DNA of 64,000 bases, from contig CAMTVD010000006.1 of the NCBI GenBank assembly GCA_947085095.1, positions 34,587 to 98,586 of the forward strand. Direction: 5' to 3'. Positions 1-9,688 of the stretch are shown one piece after another (within the stretch, counting starts at the first letter, position 1; each line of letters begins with the position of its first letter). The position numbers and the translations under genes were made by a program. Origin of the DNA: an uncultured Thermus sp. (lineage in GTDB: Bacteria > Deinococcota > Deinococci > Deinococcales > Thermaceae). A model generated the notes under the pieces. It searched no databases. It worked only from the letters and a program-made list of their open reading frames with translations, and was not told the origin of the DNA.

Positions 1-1479
1 GAGGCCTTCCGCCAGGACGTGCGCACCGCCATCCGCTTCCTGGACAACGTCCTGGACGTGAACCAGTTCGCCCTCAAGGACAACGAGGAGGCGGCCCAAA
101 AGCTCCGCCGCTTGGGCCTGGGGGTGATGGGTCTGGCGGACGCCCTCATCAAGATGGGCCTCCCCTACGCCTCGGAAGAGGCCCGCAAAAAGGTCTACGA
201 GATCATCTCCGCCATGCGGGAGGAGGCCATCAAGGCCTCGGAGGCCCTGGCCGAGGAGAGGGGCACCTTCCCCCTCTACGAGGAGCACCGGGACTACTTC
301 CAGGCCCTGGGGATCCAGCCTAGGCGCAACGTGGCCCTCCTCACCGTGGCCCCCACGGGGACCACCAGCATGCTCATGGGGGTGTCCTCGGGGATTGAGC
401 CCGTCTTCAGCCCCTTTGTCTGGCGGCGCATCGGCTCGGAGTACAAGCCCCTCCTCCATCCCCTCTTCGTGGAGCTCATGGAGGCCTACCCCCCGGCTTC
501 GGGCTACGCCAAAGGCGGAAAGTGGGACTGGGAAAAGATCGTGGAGGAGATCCAGAAGGACGGGCACGGCTCCGTGCAGAACCTCCCCTTCGTCCCCGAG
601 CCCATCCGGAAGGTCTTCCAGTGCGCCCACGACATCCCACCCCTGGACCACGTGCGCATGCAGGGGGTGGTGCAGCGGGCCTTTGACGCCGAGGGGTACG
701 CGGCCAACAGCATCTCCAAAACCATCAACCTGCCCAACCACGCCTCGGTGGAGGACGTGGAGGAGGCCTACTCCGAGGCCTACCGCACGGGGTGCAAGGG
801 GATCACCGTCTACCGGGACGGCTCCCGGGAGTTCCAGGTGCTTACGGTGAAGAAGACCGCGGAAAAAGAAGCGAAGGACGAGGCGGTTTTGGTGAAGGAG
901 ATGGAAGAAGAGGCCTCCCCGTCCACCTCCAACCCCCACGTCCCCGCCTACACCCGCCCGGGCCGCCTCATGGGCTTCACGGACATGGTCAAGCTCCTCA
1001 CCCCGGAAGGGACCAAGCGGAGCTTCTTGGTGACGGTGAACGTCCTGAACGGGCACCCCGTGGAGGTCATCCTCACCTCGGGCAAGGCGGGGGATGAGGC
1101 CAACGCCGACTCCGAGGCCCTGGGCCGGGTGGTCTCCATCGCCCTGCAGTACGGGGTGCCCCCGGAGGCCCTGGTGCGCACCCTGAGGGGCATCAACGGG
1201 GGGCTTTACGGCACCTACCAGGGAAGGCTCGTTTCCAGCAAGGCGGACCTGATCGCCGTGGCCCTGGAGACCATCCCGGCGGAGCTCAAGGGCCCGGGGT
1301 CCAGGGTGGAGGCCCAGGGGGAGGCCGAAACCGCCCTTCCCACCCTCTCTGGGGGCGGGATCGGTCCCCTGCCTCTAGTTCCCGGTGCCAGCTCTTGCCC
1401 CGTTTGTGGGGAGAAGGCCCTGGTGCGGGAGGAAGGGTGCTGGAAGTGCCAGGTGTGCGGCTACAGCAAGTGCGGGTAA
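1..1479 (+). CDS. nrdJ: Class II (B12-dependent) ribonucleotide reductase, C-terminal part (5'-truncated by window)
   Basis: Frame is open from base 1. Motifs RRLGLGVMG, TVAPTGT, SGIEP, SISKTINLP and KGITVYRDGSR; TSCPD-like domain and C-terminal CPVC...CWKCQVCGYSKC zinc ribbon. Confidence 0.93.
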   Translation, partial: EAFRQDVRTAIRFLDNVLDVNQFALKDNEEAAQKLRRLGLGVMGLADALIKMGLPYASEEARKKVYEIISAMREEAIKASEALAEERGTFPLYEEHRDYFQALGIQPRRNVALLTVAPTGTTSMLMGVSSGIEPVFSPFVWRRIGSEYKPLLHPLFVELMEAYPPASGYAKGGKWDWEKIVEEIQKDGHGSVQNLPFVPEPIRKVFQCAHDIPPLDHVRMQGVVQRAFDAEGYAANSISKTINLPNHASVEDVEEAYSEAYRTGCKGITVYRDGSREFQVLTVKKTAEKEAKDEAVLVKEMEEEASPSTSNPHVPAYTRPGRLMGFTDMVKLLTPEGTKRSFLVTVNVLNGHPVEVILTSGKAGDEANADSEALGRVVSIALQYGVPPEALVRTLRGINGGLYGTYQGRLVSSKADLIAVALETIPAELKGPGSRVEAQGEAETALPTLSGGGIGPLPLVPGASSCPVCGEKALVREEGCWKCQVCGYSKCG

Positions 1480-2069
1480 AGATCTGCGGCCTGACCCGCC
1501 TCGAGGACGCCCTCCTCGCCGAGTCCTTGGGGGCCTGGGCCCTGGGCTTCGTTCTGGCCCCGGGCTCCAAGAGGCGGGTCTCCGCCGCAAGGGCCCGGGA
1601 AATCGCCAAAGCCCTGGGGCCCTTCGTGGTGCGGGTGGGGGTCTTCCGGGACCAAGGCCCCGAGGAGGTCCTCCGCCTCATGGAGGAGGGCCGCCTCCAG
1701 GTGGCCCAGCTCCACGGGCGCGAGCCCCCGGAGTGGGCGGAGCGGGTGGGCCTGTTCTTCCCCGTCATCAAGGCCTTCGCCCTGGAAGGCCCCGCAAAGC
1801 CCGAGTGGGCGGACTATCCGGCCAGCGCCCTCCTCCTGGACAGCCAGAATCCGGGAAGCGGCCAGGGCTACCCCAGGGAGTGGGCCACGCCCCTCCTCCA
1901 GACCGGCAAACGGGTCATCCTGGCGGGAGGGATTGGGCCGGAAAACCTGGAGGAGGTCCTGGCCCTGAGGCCCTACGCCATAGACCTGGCCAGCAGCGTG
2001 GAGGAGGCCCCGGGAATCAAGAGCGAGGCCAAGCTGAAGACCCTCTTCGCCCGTATGATGGGAGGGTGA
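1470..2069 (+). CDS. trpF: Phosphoribosylanthranilate isomerase
   Basis: GTG at 1470 gives MRVKICGLT; motifs VGVF, QLHG, LLD...GSG and ILAGGI.PEN; overlaps the nrdJ stop. Confidence 0.93.
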   Translation: MRVKICGLTRLEDALLAESLGAWALGFVLAPGSKRRVSAARAREIAKALGPFVVRVGVFRDQGPEEVLRLMEEGRLQVAQLHGREPPEWAERVGLFFPVIKAFALEGPAKPEWADYPASALLLDSQNPGSGQGYPREWATPLLQTGKRVILAGGIGPENLEEVLALRPYAIDLASSVEEAPGIKSEAKLKTLFARMMGG

Positions 2070-2857
2070 TCGGCAGGAGGCACCCCTTTCTTCCCCACCT
2101 TTGGGCCATGCTGGAGGCGGCCCACCTGGCCCGGGGCATCCACCTCTACTACCTGGAAAAGGGCTTCACCCAGGGCACTAAGTCGGGCCCCACGGACCTG
2201 GTGACCCAGGCGGACCGGGAGTCGGAGGAGGCCATCAAGGAGCTTCTCTTAAGCCGCTTCCCCGAGGCGGGCTTCCTGGGCGAGGAAGGGGGAAGTGAGG
2301 GGGGCAGGGCCCTCCGCTTCATCGTGGACCCCCTGGACGGCACGGTGAACTACGCCCACGGCTTCCCCTTCTACGGGGTCTCCATCGCCCTCGAGGCCGA
2401 GGGGGTCATCCAGGCGGGGGTGGTCATGGACACCGCCCGGGGGGAGACCTTCTACGCCCTGAGGGGCGAGGGGGCCTACCTGGACGGCAGGCCCATCCGG
2501 GTCACGGAAAGGGCCGAGCTTTTGGGAAGCCTGCTGGCCACGGGCTTCCCTTACGATGTGGCCAGGGATGCGGAGAACCTCACCTACTTCACCCGGGCCC
2601 TGAGGCGGGGGCTTTTGGTGCGCCGCCCCGGGGCCGCCGCCCTGGACCTGGCCTACGTGGCCGCGGGCCGGCTGGAGGGCTTCTGGGAGGTGAAGCCGAA
2701 CCCCTGGGACGTGGCCGCGGGCTGGCTATTGGTGGAGGAGGCGGGGGGAAGGGTCACGGACCTCGAGGGGAAGCCCTACCGCCTGGGCCACCGCTACATC
2801 GTGGCCAGCAACGGCAGGGTGCACCAGGCCCTTCTGGAGGCCCTGCTCTCTGACTAA
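2066..2857 (+). CDS. suhB: Inositol monophosphatase family protein
   Basis: GTG at 2066 (GTGA overlap with trpF); DLVT.AD, GEE, DPLDGTVNY and PWDVAAG motifs. Confidence 0.88.
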   Translation: MIGRRHPFLPHLWAMLEAAHLARGIHLYYLEKGFTQGTKSGPTDLVTQADRESEEAIKELLLSRFPEAGFLGEEGGSEGGRALRFIVDPLDGTVNYAHGFPFYGVSIALEAEGVIQAGVVMDTARGETFYALRGEGAYLDGRPIRVTERAELLGSLLATGFPYDVARDAENLTYFTRALRRGLLVRRPGAAALDLAYVAAGRLEGFWEVKPNPWDVAAGWLLVEEAGGRVTDLEGKPYRLGHRYIVASNGRVHQALLEALLSD

Positions 2858-2866
2858 AATCGGGGT

Positions 2867-3346
2867 ATGGACCTCGAGGCCAAGAAGAAAGTCCTGCGGA
2901 GCTTCACCTACGGGCTCTACCTCCTCACGGCGAGGGACGGCGAGGAGGTGGCCGCCGGGACGGTGAACTGGGTGACCCAGGCCTCCTTCCAGCCCCCCCT
3001 CATCGCCCTGGGGGTCAAGGGGGATAGCCGCCTCCACGTCCTCATAGAGGGCACGGGGAGGCTCGCCCTCATGACCCTGGCCCAGGACCAGAAGGGGATC
3101 GCCCAGGACTTCTTCAAGCCCACGATACGGGAAGGGGACCGGCTCAACGGCCACCCCTTTGAGCCCTCCCCCACCTTCGGCCTCCCCCTCCTCACGGAAC
3201 TCCCCTACTGGCTGGAGGCCGAGGTGCGCCACCTCTACAAGGGCGGGGATCACAGCCTGGTGGTGGCCCAGGTGGTGGAGGCCGGGGTGCGCTACGAGGC
3301 CAAGCCCCTGGTGATGTGGGACACGGGCTGGTTCTACGGAGGCTAG
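2867..3346 (+). CDS. Flavin reductase-like FMN-binding protein
   Basis: TVNWVTQASFQPP and GDH motifs; TAAAAT lies 6 nt upstream of the ATG. Confidence 0.85.
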   Translation: MDLEAKKKVLRSFTYGLYLLTARDGEEVAAGTVNWVTQASFQPPLIALGVKGDSRLHVLIEGTGRLALMTLAQDQKGIAQDFFKPTIREGDRLNGHPFEPSPTFGLPLLTELPYWLEAEVRHLYKGGDHSLVVAQVVEAGVRYEAKPLVMWDTGWFYGG

Positions 3347-3717
3347 AGGACGGCGATCTCCACCTCCCGCCCCTCGGGCAGGAGGAAGGCCCGGAAGCCA
3401 TCGGTGCCGAAGATCACGTAGGGCACCCGCCAGCGGGCCTCCTTGAGGTCCGTGGGGCTGGGGAAGGCCGGGCCCCGGGGATGGGAGTGGTAGATGGCCA
3501 GAAGCTCAAGGCCCTCCCTTTCCAGCTCCCTAAGGGCCTTCAAAAGGGCCAGGGGCTCCGCCAGGTAGCCGCTTAGGGGGTTCGGGTGGACGTTGGGCAA
3601 GGGGATGACCCTCTCCACCTCCCGCCTGCCCGCCCAAAGCCCCACCCCTTCCTTGGGGAACTCCCGCTTAAGGTGGTCCTCGGTGGCCTGAAGGAGCCCG
3701 CGCGGCACGTAGAGCAT
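3343..3717 (-). CDS. JAB/MPN+ (JAMM) metalloprotease
   Basis: N-terminal Glu (PKEGVG) plus YHSHP...PSPTD, matching E-x-HxH-x7-S-x2-D. Alternative TTG start at 3726. Confidence 0.88.
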   Translation of the reverse strand: MLYVPRGLLQATEDHLKREFPKEGVGLWAGRREVERVIPLPNVHPNPLSGYLAEPLALLKALRELEREGLELLAIYHSHPRGPAFPSPTDLKEARWRVPYVIFGTDGFRAFLLPEGREVEIAVL

Positions 3718-3773
3718 CCGGGACAATCGCCCCCTTTCCGGCCCTATACTATGGGCACCAAGAGGGAGGGACC

Positions 3774-5750
3774 ATGATCCGAACCGTCGCCCTGGTGGGC
3801 CATGCGCAAAGCGGCAAAACCACCCTAACGGAAGCCCTTCTCTACAAAACGGGGGCCAAGGACCGCATGGGCCGGGTGGAGGACGGCACCACCACCACGG
3901 ACTATACCCCCGAGGCCAAGCTCCACCGCACCACGGTGCGCACCGGGGTGGCCCCCTTGCGCCACAGGGGGCACCGCATCTTCCTCCTGGACGCCCCCGG
4001 CTACGGGGACTTCGTGGGGGAGATCCGGGGGGCCCTCGAGGCCGCCGACGCCGCCCTGGTGGCCGTGTCCGCGGAAAACGGGGTCCAGGTGGGCACGGAG
4101 AGGGCCTGGACCGTGGCCGAGCGCCTGGGCCTCCCCCGGATGGTGGTGGTCACCAAGCTGGACAAGGGTGGGGACTACTACGCCCTCCTGGAAAGCCTCC
4201 GGAGCACCCTGGGCCACATCCTCCCCATAGACCTCCCCCTCTACGAGGGGGGCAGGTGGGTGGGGCTCATTGACGTCTTCCACGGGAAGGCCTACCGCTA
4301 TGGGAACGGGGAGGAGGTGGAGGTCCCCATCCCCGAAGAGGAGCGGGAAAAAGCCCTCCGATTCCGGCAGGAGGTCTTGGAGGCCATCGTGGAGACGGAC
4401 GAAACCCTTCTGGAGAAGTACCTGGAGGGGGAGGAGGTCTCGGGAGCGGCCCTGGAGAAGGCCTTCCACGAGGCGGTGCGCCAGGGCCTCCTCTACCCCG
4501 TGGCCCTGGCCTCTGGGCCCACCGGCATCGGGGTCCTGCCCCTATTGGACCTGATCCTCGAGGCCCTCCCCTCCCCCGAGGAGCGCTTCGGGAACGGCGC
4601 GCCCCTCGCCAAGGTCTTCAAGGTGCAGGTGGACCCCTTCATGGGCCAGGTGGCCTACGTGCGCCTCTACCGGGGAAGGCTCAAGCCCGGGGACACCCTC
4701 ATGAGCGAGGCGGGGACCATCCGCCTTCCCCACCTCTACGTGCCCATGGGCAAGGACCTCCTGGAGGTGGAGGAGGCGGAGGCGGGCTACATCCTGGGCC
4801 TCCCCAAGGCGGAAAACCTCCACCGGGGCATGGTCCTCTGGCAGGGGGAAAGGCCGGAGAGCGAGGCGGTGCCCTTCGCCCGCCTCCCCGAGCCCAACGT
4901 GCCCGTGGCCATCCACCCCAAGGGGCGCACGGACGAGGCCAAGCTGGGGGAGGCCCTGAGGAAGCTTTTGGAGGAGGACCCGAGCCTCAGGCTGGAGCGG
5001 CAGGAGGAAACGGGGGAGCTCCTCCTTTGGGGCCACGGGGAGCTCCACCTCACCACCGCCAAAGAGCGCCTTTCCGACTACGGGGTGGAGGTGGAGTTCT
5101 CCGTGCCCAAGGTCCCCTACCGGGAGACCATCAAGAGGGTGGCGGAGGGGCAGGGCAAGTACAAGAAGCAGACCGGGGGGCACGGCCAGTACGGGGATGT
5201 CTGGCTCCGCCTGGAGCCCGCCCCCGAGTACAGCTTTGAGTGGCGCATCACCGGGGGGGTCATCCCCTCCAAGTACCAGGAGGCCATTGAGGAAGGGATC
5301 AGGGAGGCCGCCAAGAAAGGGGTCCTGGCGGGCTATCCCGTCATGGGCTTCAAGGCCATCGTCTACAACGGCTCCTACCACGAGGTGGACTCCTCGGACC
5401 TGGCCTTCCAGATCGCCGCCAGCATGGCCTTCAAGAAGGTGATGGAGCTGGCGAACCCTGTCCTCCTGGAACCCATCTACCAGATCAGGGTCCTGGCCCC
5501 CCAGGAGCGGGTGGGGGACATCCTCTCCGACCTCCAGGCGAGGCGGGGGCGGATCCTGGGCATGGAGCAGGAGGGGGCCCTGGCGGCGGTGCGGGCCGAG
5601 GTGCCCCTTTCTGAGGTCCTGGAGTACTACAAAACCCTTCCCAGCCTCACGGGCGGGGCCGGGGCCTACACCCTGGAGTTCAGCCACTACCAGGAGGTTC
5701 CCCCGCCCCTCGCCCAGAGGATCATCCAGAGCCGGGCCCAGGAGGGCTGA
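3774..5750 (+). CDS. fusA2: Elongation factor G paralogue (EF-G2)
   Basis: GHAQSGKTT, DAPGYGDF, KKQTGGHGQYG and GSYHEVDSS; five-domain EF-G layout, 658 aa. Confidence 0.92.
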   Translation: MIRTVALVGHAQSGKTTLTEALLYKTGAKDRMGRVEDGTTTTDYTPEAKLHRTTVRTGVAPLRHRGHRIFLLDAPGYGDFVGEIRGALEAADAALVAVSAENGVQVGTERAWTVAERLGLPRMVVVTKLDKGGDYYALLESLRSTLGHILPIDLPLYEGGRWVGLIDVFHGKAYRYGNGEEVEVPIPEEEREKALRFRQEVLEAIVETDETLLEKYLEGEEVSGAALEKAFHEAVRQGLLYPVALASGPTGIGVLPLLDLILEALPSPEERFGNGAPLAKVFKVQVDPFMGQVAYVRLYRGRLKPGDTLMSEAGTIRLPHLYVPMGKDLLEVEEAEAGYILGLPKAENLHRGMVLWQGERPESEAVPFARLPEPNVPVAIHPKGRTDEAKLGEALRKLLEEDPSLRLERQEETGELLLWGHGELHLTTAKERLSDYGVEVEFSVPKVPYRETIKRVAEGQGKYKKQTGGHGQYGDVWLRLEPAPEYSFEWRITGGVIPSKYQEAIEEGIREAAKKGVLAGYPVMGFKAIVYNGSYHEVDSSDLAFQIAASMAFKKVMELANPVLLEPIYQIRVLAPQERVGDILSDLQARRGRILGMEQEGALAAVRAEVPLSEVLEYYKTLPSLTGGAGAYTLEFSHYQEVPPPLAQRIIQSRAQEG

Positions 5751-5751
5751 G

Positions 5752-6642
5752 GTGGCCCTGGAGCGCCTGAGGGAAGCCTTGGCCCAGGCCCTCTTCGGCC
5801 AGGAGGAGGTCATAGAGGCCCTCCTGGCCACGGTCCTGGCCCGGGGGCACGCCCTCTTGGAAGGGGTCCCGGGCCTGGGCAAGACCCTGCTGGCGGAAAG
5901 CTTCGCCCGCGCAAGCGGCCTTTCCTACAAGCGCATCCAGTTTACCCCCGACCTTCTCCCCCAGGACCTCACGGGAAGCGAGGTCTTCCGGGAGGGGCGT
6001 TTTGAGTTCGTGAAGGGGCCCGTCTTCGCCCAGGTGGTCCTGGCGGACGAGGTGAACCGGGCCCCCCCCAAGGTGCAGTCGGCCCTCCTCGAGGCCATGC
6101 AGGAAAGGGCGGTCACCGCCGGGGGGGTACGCCACCCCCTGCCCGAGCCCTTCTTCGTAGTGGCCACGCAAAACCCCCTGGAGCTGGAAGGGACCTATCC
6201 CCTCCCCGAGGCCCAGCTGGACCGCTTCACCGCCCGGATCGTCTTCCGCCCCCCCAGGCGGGAGGTGTGGCTCAGGATCCTCACCGAGGAGCCCAAAACC
6301 CCAGAGCCCTTGGAGGTGGACTTTCCCCAGGTGCAAAAGGAGGCCCGGGAGGTCCGGGTGGCCAGGGAGGCCCTCGAGGCCATCACCCACGTGGCCTTCC
6401 TCACCGCCGAGGACAAGAGGCTCCGCATGGGCCTCTCCCCCCGGGGGGCCAAGGCCTGGCTCTCCTTGGCCAAGGCCCTGGCCCACCTCCGGGATAAGCC
6501 CCTGGTGGACTGGAAGGAGCTTAAGGACGCCGCCTCCTTAGCCCTCCCCCATCGCCTTTTCCTCACGGAGGAGGCCCTTTACGAGGGGGAAAGCGCCGAG
6601 AAGGTGCTCATGGAAGCCTTGAGGAAAGGAGGTATTCCGTGA
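5752..6642 (+). CDS. MoxR family AAA+ ATPase
   Basis: LEGVPGLGKT, RIQFTPDLLP, LADEVNRA.PKVQSALLEAMQE and ATQNP.E.EGTYPLPEAQLDRF. Confidence 0.93.
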   Translation: MALERLREALAQALFGQEEVIEALLATVLARGHALLEGVPGLGKTLLAESFARASGLSYKRIQFTPDLLPQDLTGSEVFREGRFEFVKGPVFAQVVLADEVNRAPPKVQSALLEAMQERAVTAGGVRHPLPEPFFVVATQNPLELEGTYPLPEAQLDRFTARIVFRPPRREVWLRILTEEPKTPEPLEVDFPQVQKEAREVRVAREALEAITHVAFLTAEDKRLRMGLSPRGAKAWLSLAKALAHLRDKPLVDWKELKDAASLALPHRLFLTEEALYEGESAEKVLMEALRKGGIP

Positions 6643-9026
6643 AGTGGATCCGGTTTTTCCACGAGGTGGGCCTCGAGGACGTCCCCCTGGTGGGGGGCAA
6701 GAACGCCTCCCTGGGGGAGATGATCCGGGAGCTCTCCCCTTTGGGGGTGAGGGTCCCCCCGGGCTTCGCCACCACCAGCCAGGCCTACTGGCACTTCCTG
6801 GAAGAGAACGGCCTGAAAGAGGCCATCGCCCGGGAGCTACAGAACCTAGATGTGGAGGACCCGGAGGCCTTGGGACGGACAAGCCGCCGCATCCGGAACC
6901 TGATCCTAAAGGGGGAGTACCCGGAAGACCTGAGGGAGGAGATCCTCGCCGCCTACCGGAAACTCTCCCAGGAGGCGGGGGAGGAGGCCATCCCCGTGGC
7001 CGTGCGGAGTAGCGCCACCGCCGAGGACCTCCCCACCGCCAGCTTCGCCGGCCAGCAGGAGAGCTACCTCTACGTCCAGGGGGAGGAGGACCTCCTCCTC
7101 CACGCAAAGCGGGCCATGGCCAGCCTCTTCACCGCCCGGGCCATCAGCTACCGGGCCCACATGGGCTTTGACCACCTGAAGGTGGCCCTCTCCGTGGGGG
7201 TCCAGCGCATGGTGCGGGCGGACTCGGGCGCAAGCGGGGTCATCTTCACCCTGGACCCGGACACGGGGCATCCTGGCTTCGTCTACCTCACCGCCATCTA
7301 CGGCCTGGGGGAGAACATCGTCCAGGGGCGGGTGGTGCCGGATGGGTACTACGTGCACAAGGAGGCCCTGCGCCAGGGCTACAAGGCCCTGGTCTACCGA
7401 AAGCTGGGGGCCAAGGAGCTCACCCTGGCCTACGATCCCAAGGAGGGCCGCCTCAAAAACCGCCCTACCCCCCCTTACCTGAGGAACCAGTTCGCCCTAA
7501 AGGAGGAGGAGGTCCTCCTCCTTTCGGACTGGTCCATACGCATTGAGGACCACTACACCCGGAAGCGGGGAACCCCCACCCCCATGGACATTGAGTGGGC
7601 CAAGGACGGCCCCACGGGGGAGCTCTTCATCCTCCAGGCCCGGCCGGAGACCGTCCACTCGCAAAAGAGCCCGGTCCTAAGGATCTACCGCCTCCTGGGC
7701 CGGGGGGAGGTCCTGGCCGAGGGCCTGGCGGTGGGGGAGGCCATCGCCCAGGGCCGGGCCCGCATCCTCAAGGACCCCAAGGAGATGGACCGCTTTCAGG
7801 AGGGGGAGGTCCTGGTCACCGAGACCACCAACCCCGACTGGGAGCCCATCATGAAAAAGGCGGCGGCCATCGTCACCGAGCGGGGCGGGCGCACCTCCCA
7901 CGCCGCCATCGTGGCCCGGGAGCTGGGGGTGCCCGCCATCGTGGGGGCGGTGGGGGCTACCGGGAGCATCCCCGAGGGGGAGGAGGTCACGGTCTCCTGC
8001 GCCGAGGGGGAGGTGGGCCGGGTCTACCGGGGGAGGCTCCCCTACGAGGTGGAGGAGATCCACCCCGAAAGCCTCCCCAAGACCCGCACCCGGGTCCTGG
8101 TGAACGTGGGCACCCCGGAGGAGGCCCTGAAGGTGAGCCTCCTCCCCACGGACGGGGTGGGGCTTTTGCGCATGGAGTTCGTCTTCGCCAGCCACGTGCG
8201 GGTCCACCCCCTGGCCCTCACCCGCTACCAGACCCTGCCCAAGGAGGTCCGCCGCCAGGTGGACGAGGCCACCGAGGGGTATGGCGACAAGCGGGCCTAT
8301 TTCGTGGAGCGGCTTTCCGAGGGCATCGCCCTCATCGCCGCCGCCTTCTACCCCAGGCCCGTCCTCCTCCGCTTCTCCGACTTCAAGACCAACGAGTACG
8401 CCCGCCTCATCGGAGGACACCTCTTTGAGCCCAAGGAGGAGAACCCCATGCTGGGCTGGCGGGGAGCGAGCCGCTACTACCACCCGGACTACAAGGAGGG
8501 CTTTTTGCTGGAGGTGGCGGCGGTGAAGCGGGTGCGGGAGGAGATGGGTCTCAAGAACCTCATGGTCATGGTGCCCTTCTGCCGCACGCCGGAGGAGGGG
8601 GAGAGGGTGCTAAGGGTCATGGAGGAGGGAGGGCTCAGGCGGGGGGAGGGGGGGCTAGAGGTCTACGTGATGGCGGAGATCCCCTCTAACGTCCTCGAGG
8701 CCGAGGCCTTCGCCCAGCTCTTTGACGGCTTCTCCATCGGCTCCAACGACCTCACCCAGCTGGCCTTGGGCCTGGATCGGGACTCGGAGCGGGTGGCCCA
8801 CCTCTTTGACGAGAGGCGGGAGACGGTGAAGGCCCTGTGCGCCCTGCTCATTGAGAAGGCCCACGCCAAGGGGAAGAAGGTGGGCATCTGCGGCCAGGCC
8901 CCTTCCGACTACCCCGAGTTCGCCGCCTTCTTGGTGGAAAGGGGCATTGACTCCCTAAGCCTCAACCCCGACGCCCTCCTGCGCACGGTGAAGAGGGTGG
9001 CGGAGATAGAAAGCGCCCTCCCCTGA
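6639..9026 (+). CDS. ppsA: Phosphoenolpyruvate synthase
   Basis: VGGKNASLGEM, AVRSSATAEDL, GGRTSHAAI (phospho-His), FSIGSNDLTQ and GICGQAPSD. Confidence 0.96.
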   Translation: MKWIRFFHEVGLEDVPLVGGKNASLGEMIRELSPLGVRVPPGFATTSQAYWHFLEENGLKEAIARELQNLDVEDPEALGRTSRRIRNLILKGEYPEDLREEILAAYRKLSQEAGEEAIPVAVRSSATAEDLPTASFAGQQESYLYVQGEEDLLLHAKRAMASLFTARAISYRAHMGFDHLKVALSVGVQRMVRADSGASGVIFTLDPDTGHPGFVYLTAIYGLGENIVQGRVVPDGYYVHKEALRQGYKALVYRKLGAKELTLAYDPKEGRLKNRPTPPYLRNQFALKEEEVLLLSDWSIRIEDHYTRKRGTPTPMDIEWAKDGPTGELFILQARPETVHSQKSPVLRIYRLLGRGEVLAEGLAVGEAIAQGRARILKDPKEMDRFQEGEVLVTETTNPDWEPIMKKAAAIVTERGGRTSHAAIVARELGVPAIVGAVGATGSIPEGEEVTVSCAEGEVGRVYRGRLPYEVEEIHPESLPKTRTRVLVNVGTPEEALKVSLLPTDGVGLLRMEFVFASHVRVHPLALTRYQTLPKEVRRQVDEATEGYGDKRAYFVERLSEGIALIAAAFYPRPVLLRFSDFKTNEYARLIGGHLFEPKEENPMLGWRGASRYYHPDYKEGFLLEVAAVKRVREEMGLKNLMVMVPFCRTPEEGERVLRVMEEGGLRRGEGGLEVYVMAEIPSNVLEAEAFAQLFDGFSIGSNDLTQLALGLDRDSERVAHLFDERRETVKALCALLIEKAHAKGKKVGICGQAPSDYPEFAAFLVERGIDSLSLNPDALLRTVKRVAEIESALP

Positions 9027-9037
9027 TATCCTGGGGC

Positions 9038-9655
9038 ATGGTGCGCGAGCCCTTCAACGCCCTAAGCCATGCCCTGGGGGTACCCCTGGCCTTGCTGGGA
9101 AGTCTGGTCCTCCTCCTTATGGCCCCTAAGGAGGTCTGGCCGGCCCTCCTGGTCTTCGGCCTCACCATGGCCCTGATGTTCGGAGCCAGCGCCCTCTACC
9201 ACGCCCTGAAGGTGGAGGCAGGGGCCCTAGCCTGGCTCCGCCGCCTGGACCATGCGGCCATCTTCCTCTTCATCGCCGGGAGCTACACCCCCTTCCTGAT
9301 GGAAGGTCTGGAGGCGGGGCCTAGGACCTTCGCCTTGGGGCTGGTCTGGGGCCTGGCCCTTCTGGGGGTGGGCTTCCGCCTCTTCTTCCTCAAGGCCCCC
9401 CGCTGGCTGTACACCCTGGCCTATCTAGGTCTGGGATGGCTTTCCGTCCTCTTCCTGCCCAGGCTGGACCTTTCCCTCTCCACCTTCGCCCTCATGGCCA
9501 TCTCCGGGACCTTCTACACCCTGGGAGCCCTGGTCTACTGGCGGAAGCGGCCCAACCCCTGGCCCAAGCAGGTGGGCTTCCACGGGCTTTGGCACCTCTT
9601 GGTCCTCCTGGGCAGCCTCTTCATGTACCTGGCGGTGCTGAGCCTTTACGTCTAA
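9038..9655 (+). CDS. Hemolysin III / PAQR family membrane protein
   Basis: EPFNALSH, SALYH, RRLDHAAIF..IAGSYTP and FHGLWH; about 7 hydrophobic segments. Confidence 0.9.
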   Translation: MVREPFNALSHALGVPLALLGSLVLLLMAPKEVWPALLVFGLTMALMFGASALYHALKVEAGALAWLRRLDHAAIFLFIAGSYTPFLMEGLEAGPRTFALGLVWGLALLGVGFRLFFLKAPRWLYTLAYLGLGWLSVLFLPRLDLSLSTFALMAISGTFYTLGALVYWRKRPNPWPKQVGFHGLWHLLVLLGSLFMYLAVLSLYV

Positions 9656-9682
9656 CTTTCTCATGAGAAAGTAAGCTACCAT
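9655..9682 (+). promoter_or_regulatory. Perfect 18-bp palindrome (candidate operator) and -10 box of the response-regulator promoter
   Basis: ACTTTCTCATGAGAAAGT (9655-9672) equals its own reverse complement; TACCAT at 9677-9682 is 6 nt before ATG 9689. Confidence 0.6.
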
Positions 9683-9688
9683 GGGGGT

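Noticed and set aside
1..1479. Possible intein in the ribonucleotide reductase
   Set aside because: No intein C-terminal HN-C/S/T junction or LAGLIDADG motif in the visible part; the 5' part lies outside the window.
1385..2065. Apparent N-terminal extension of the suhB-like ORF (likewise for trpF, purC, HNH, GNAT and neopullulanase)
   Set aside because: The extensions are G/P/R-rich off-frame reads of neighbouring genes. Better starts have SD, overlap or -10 support.
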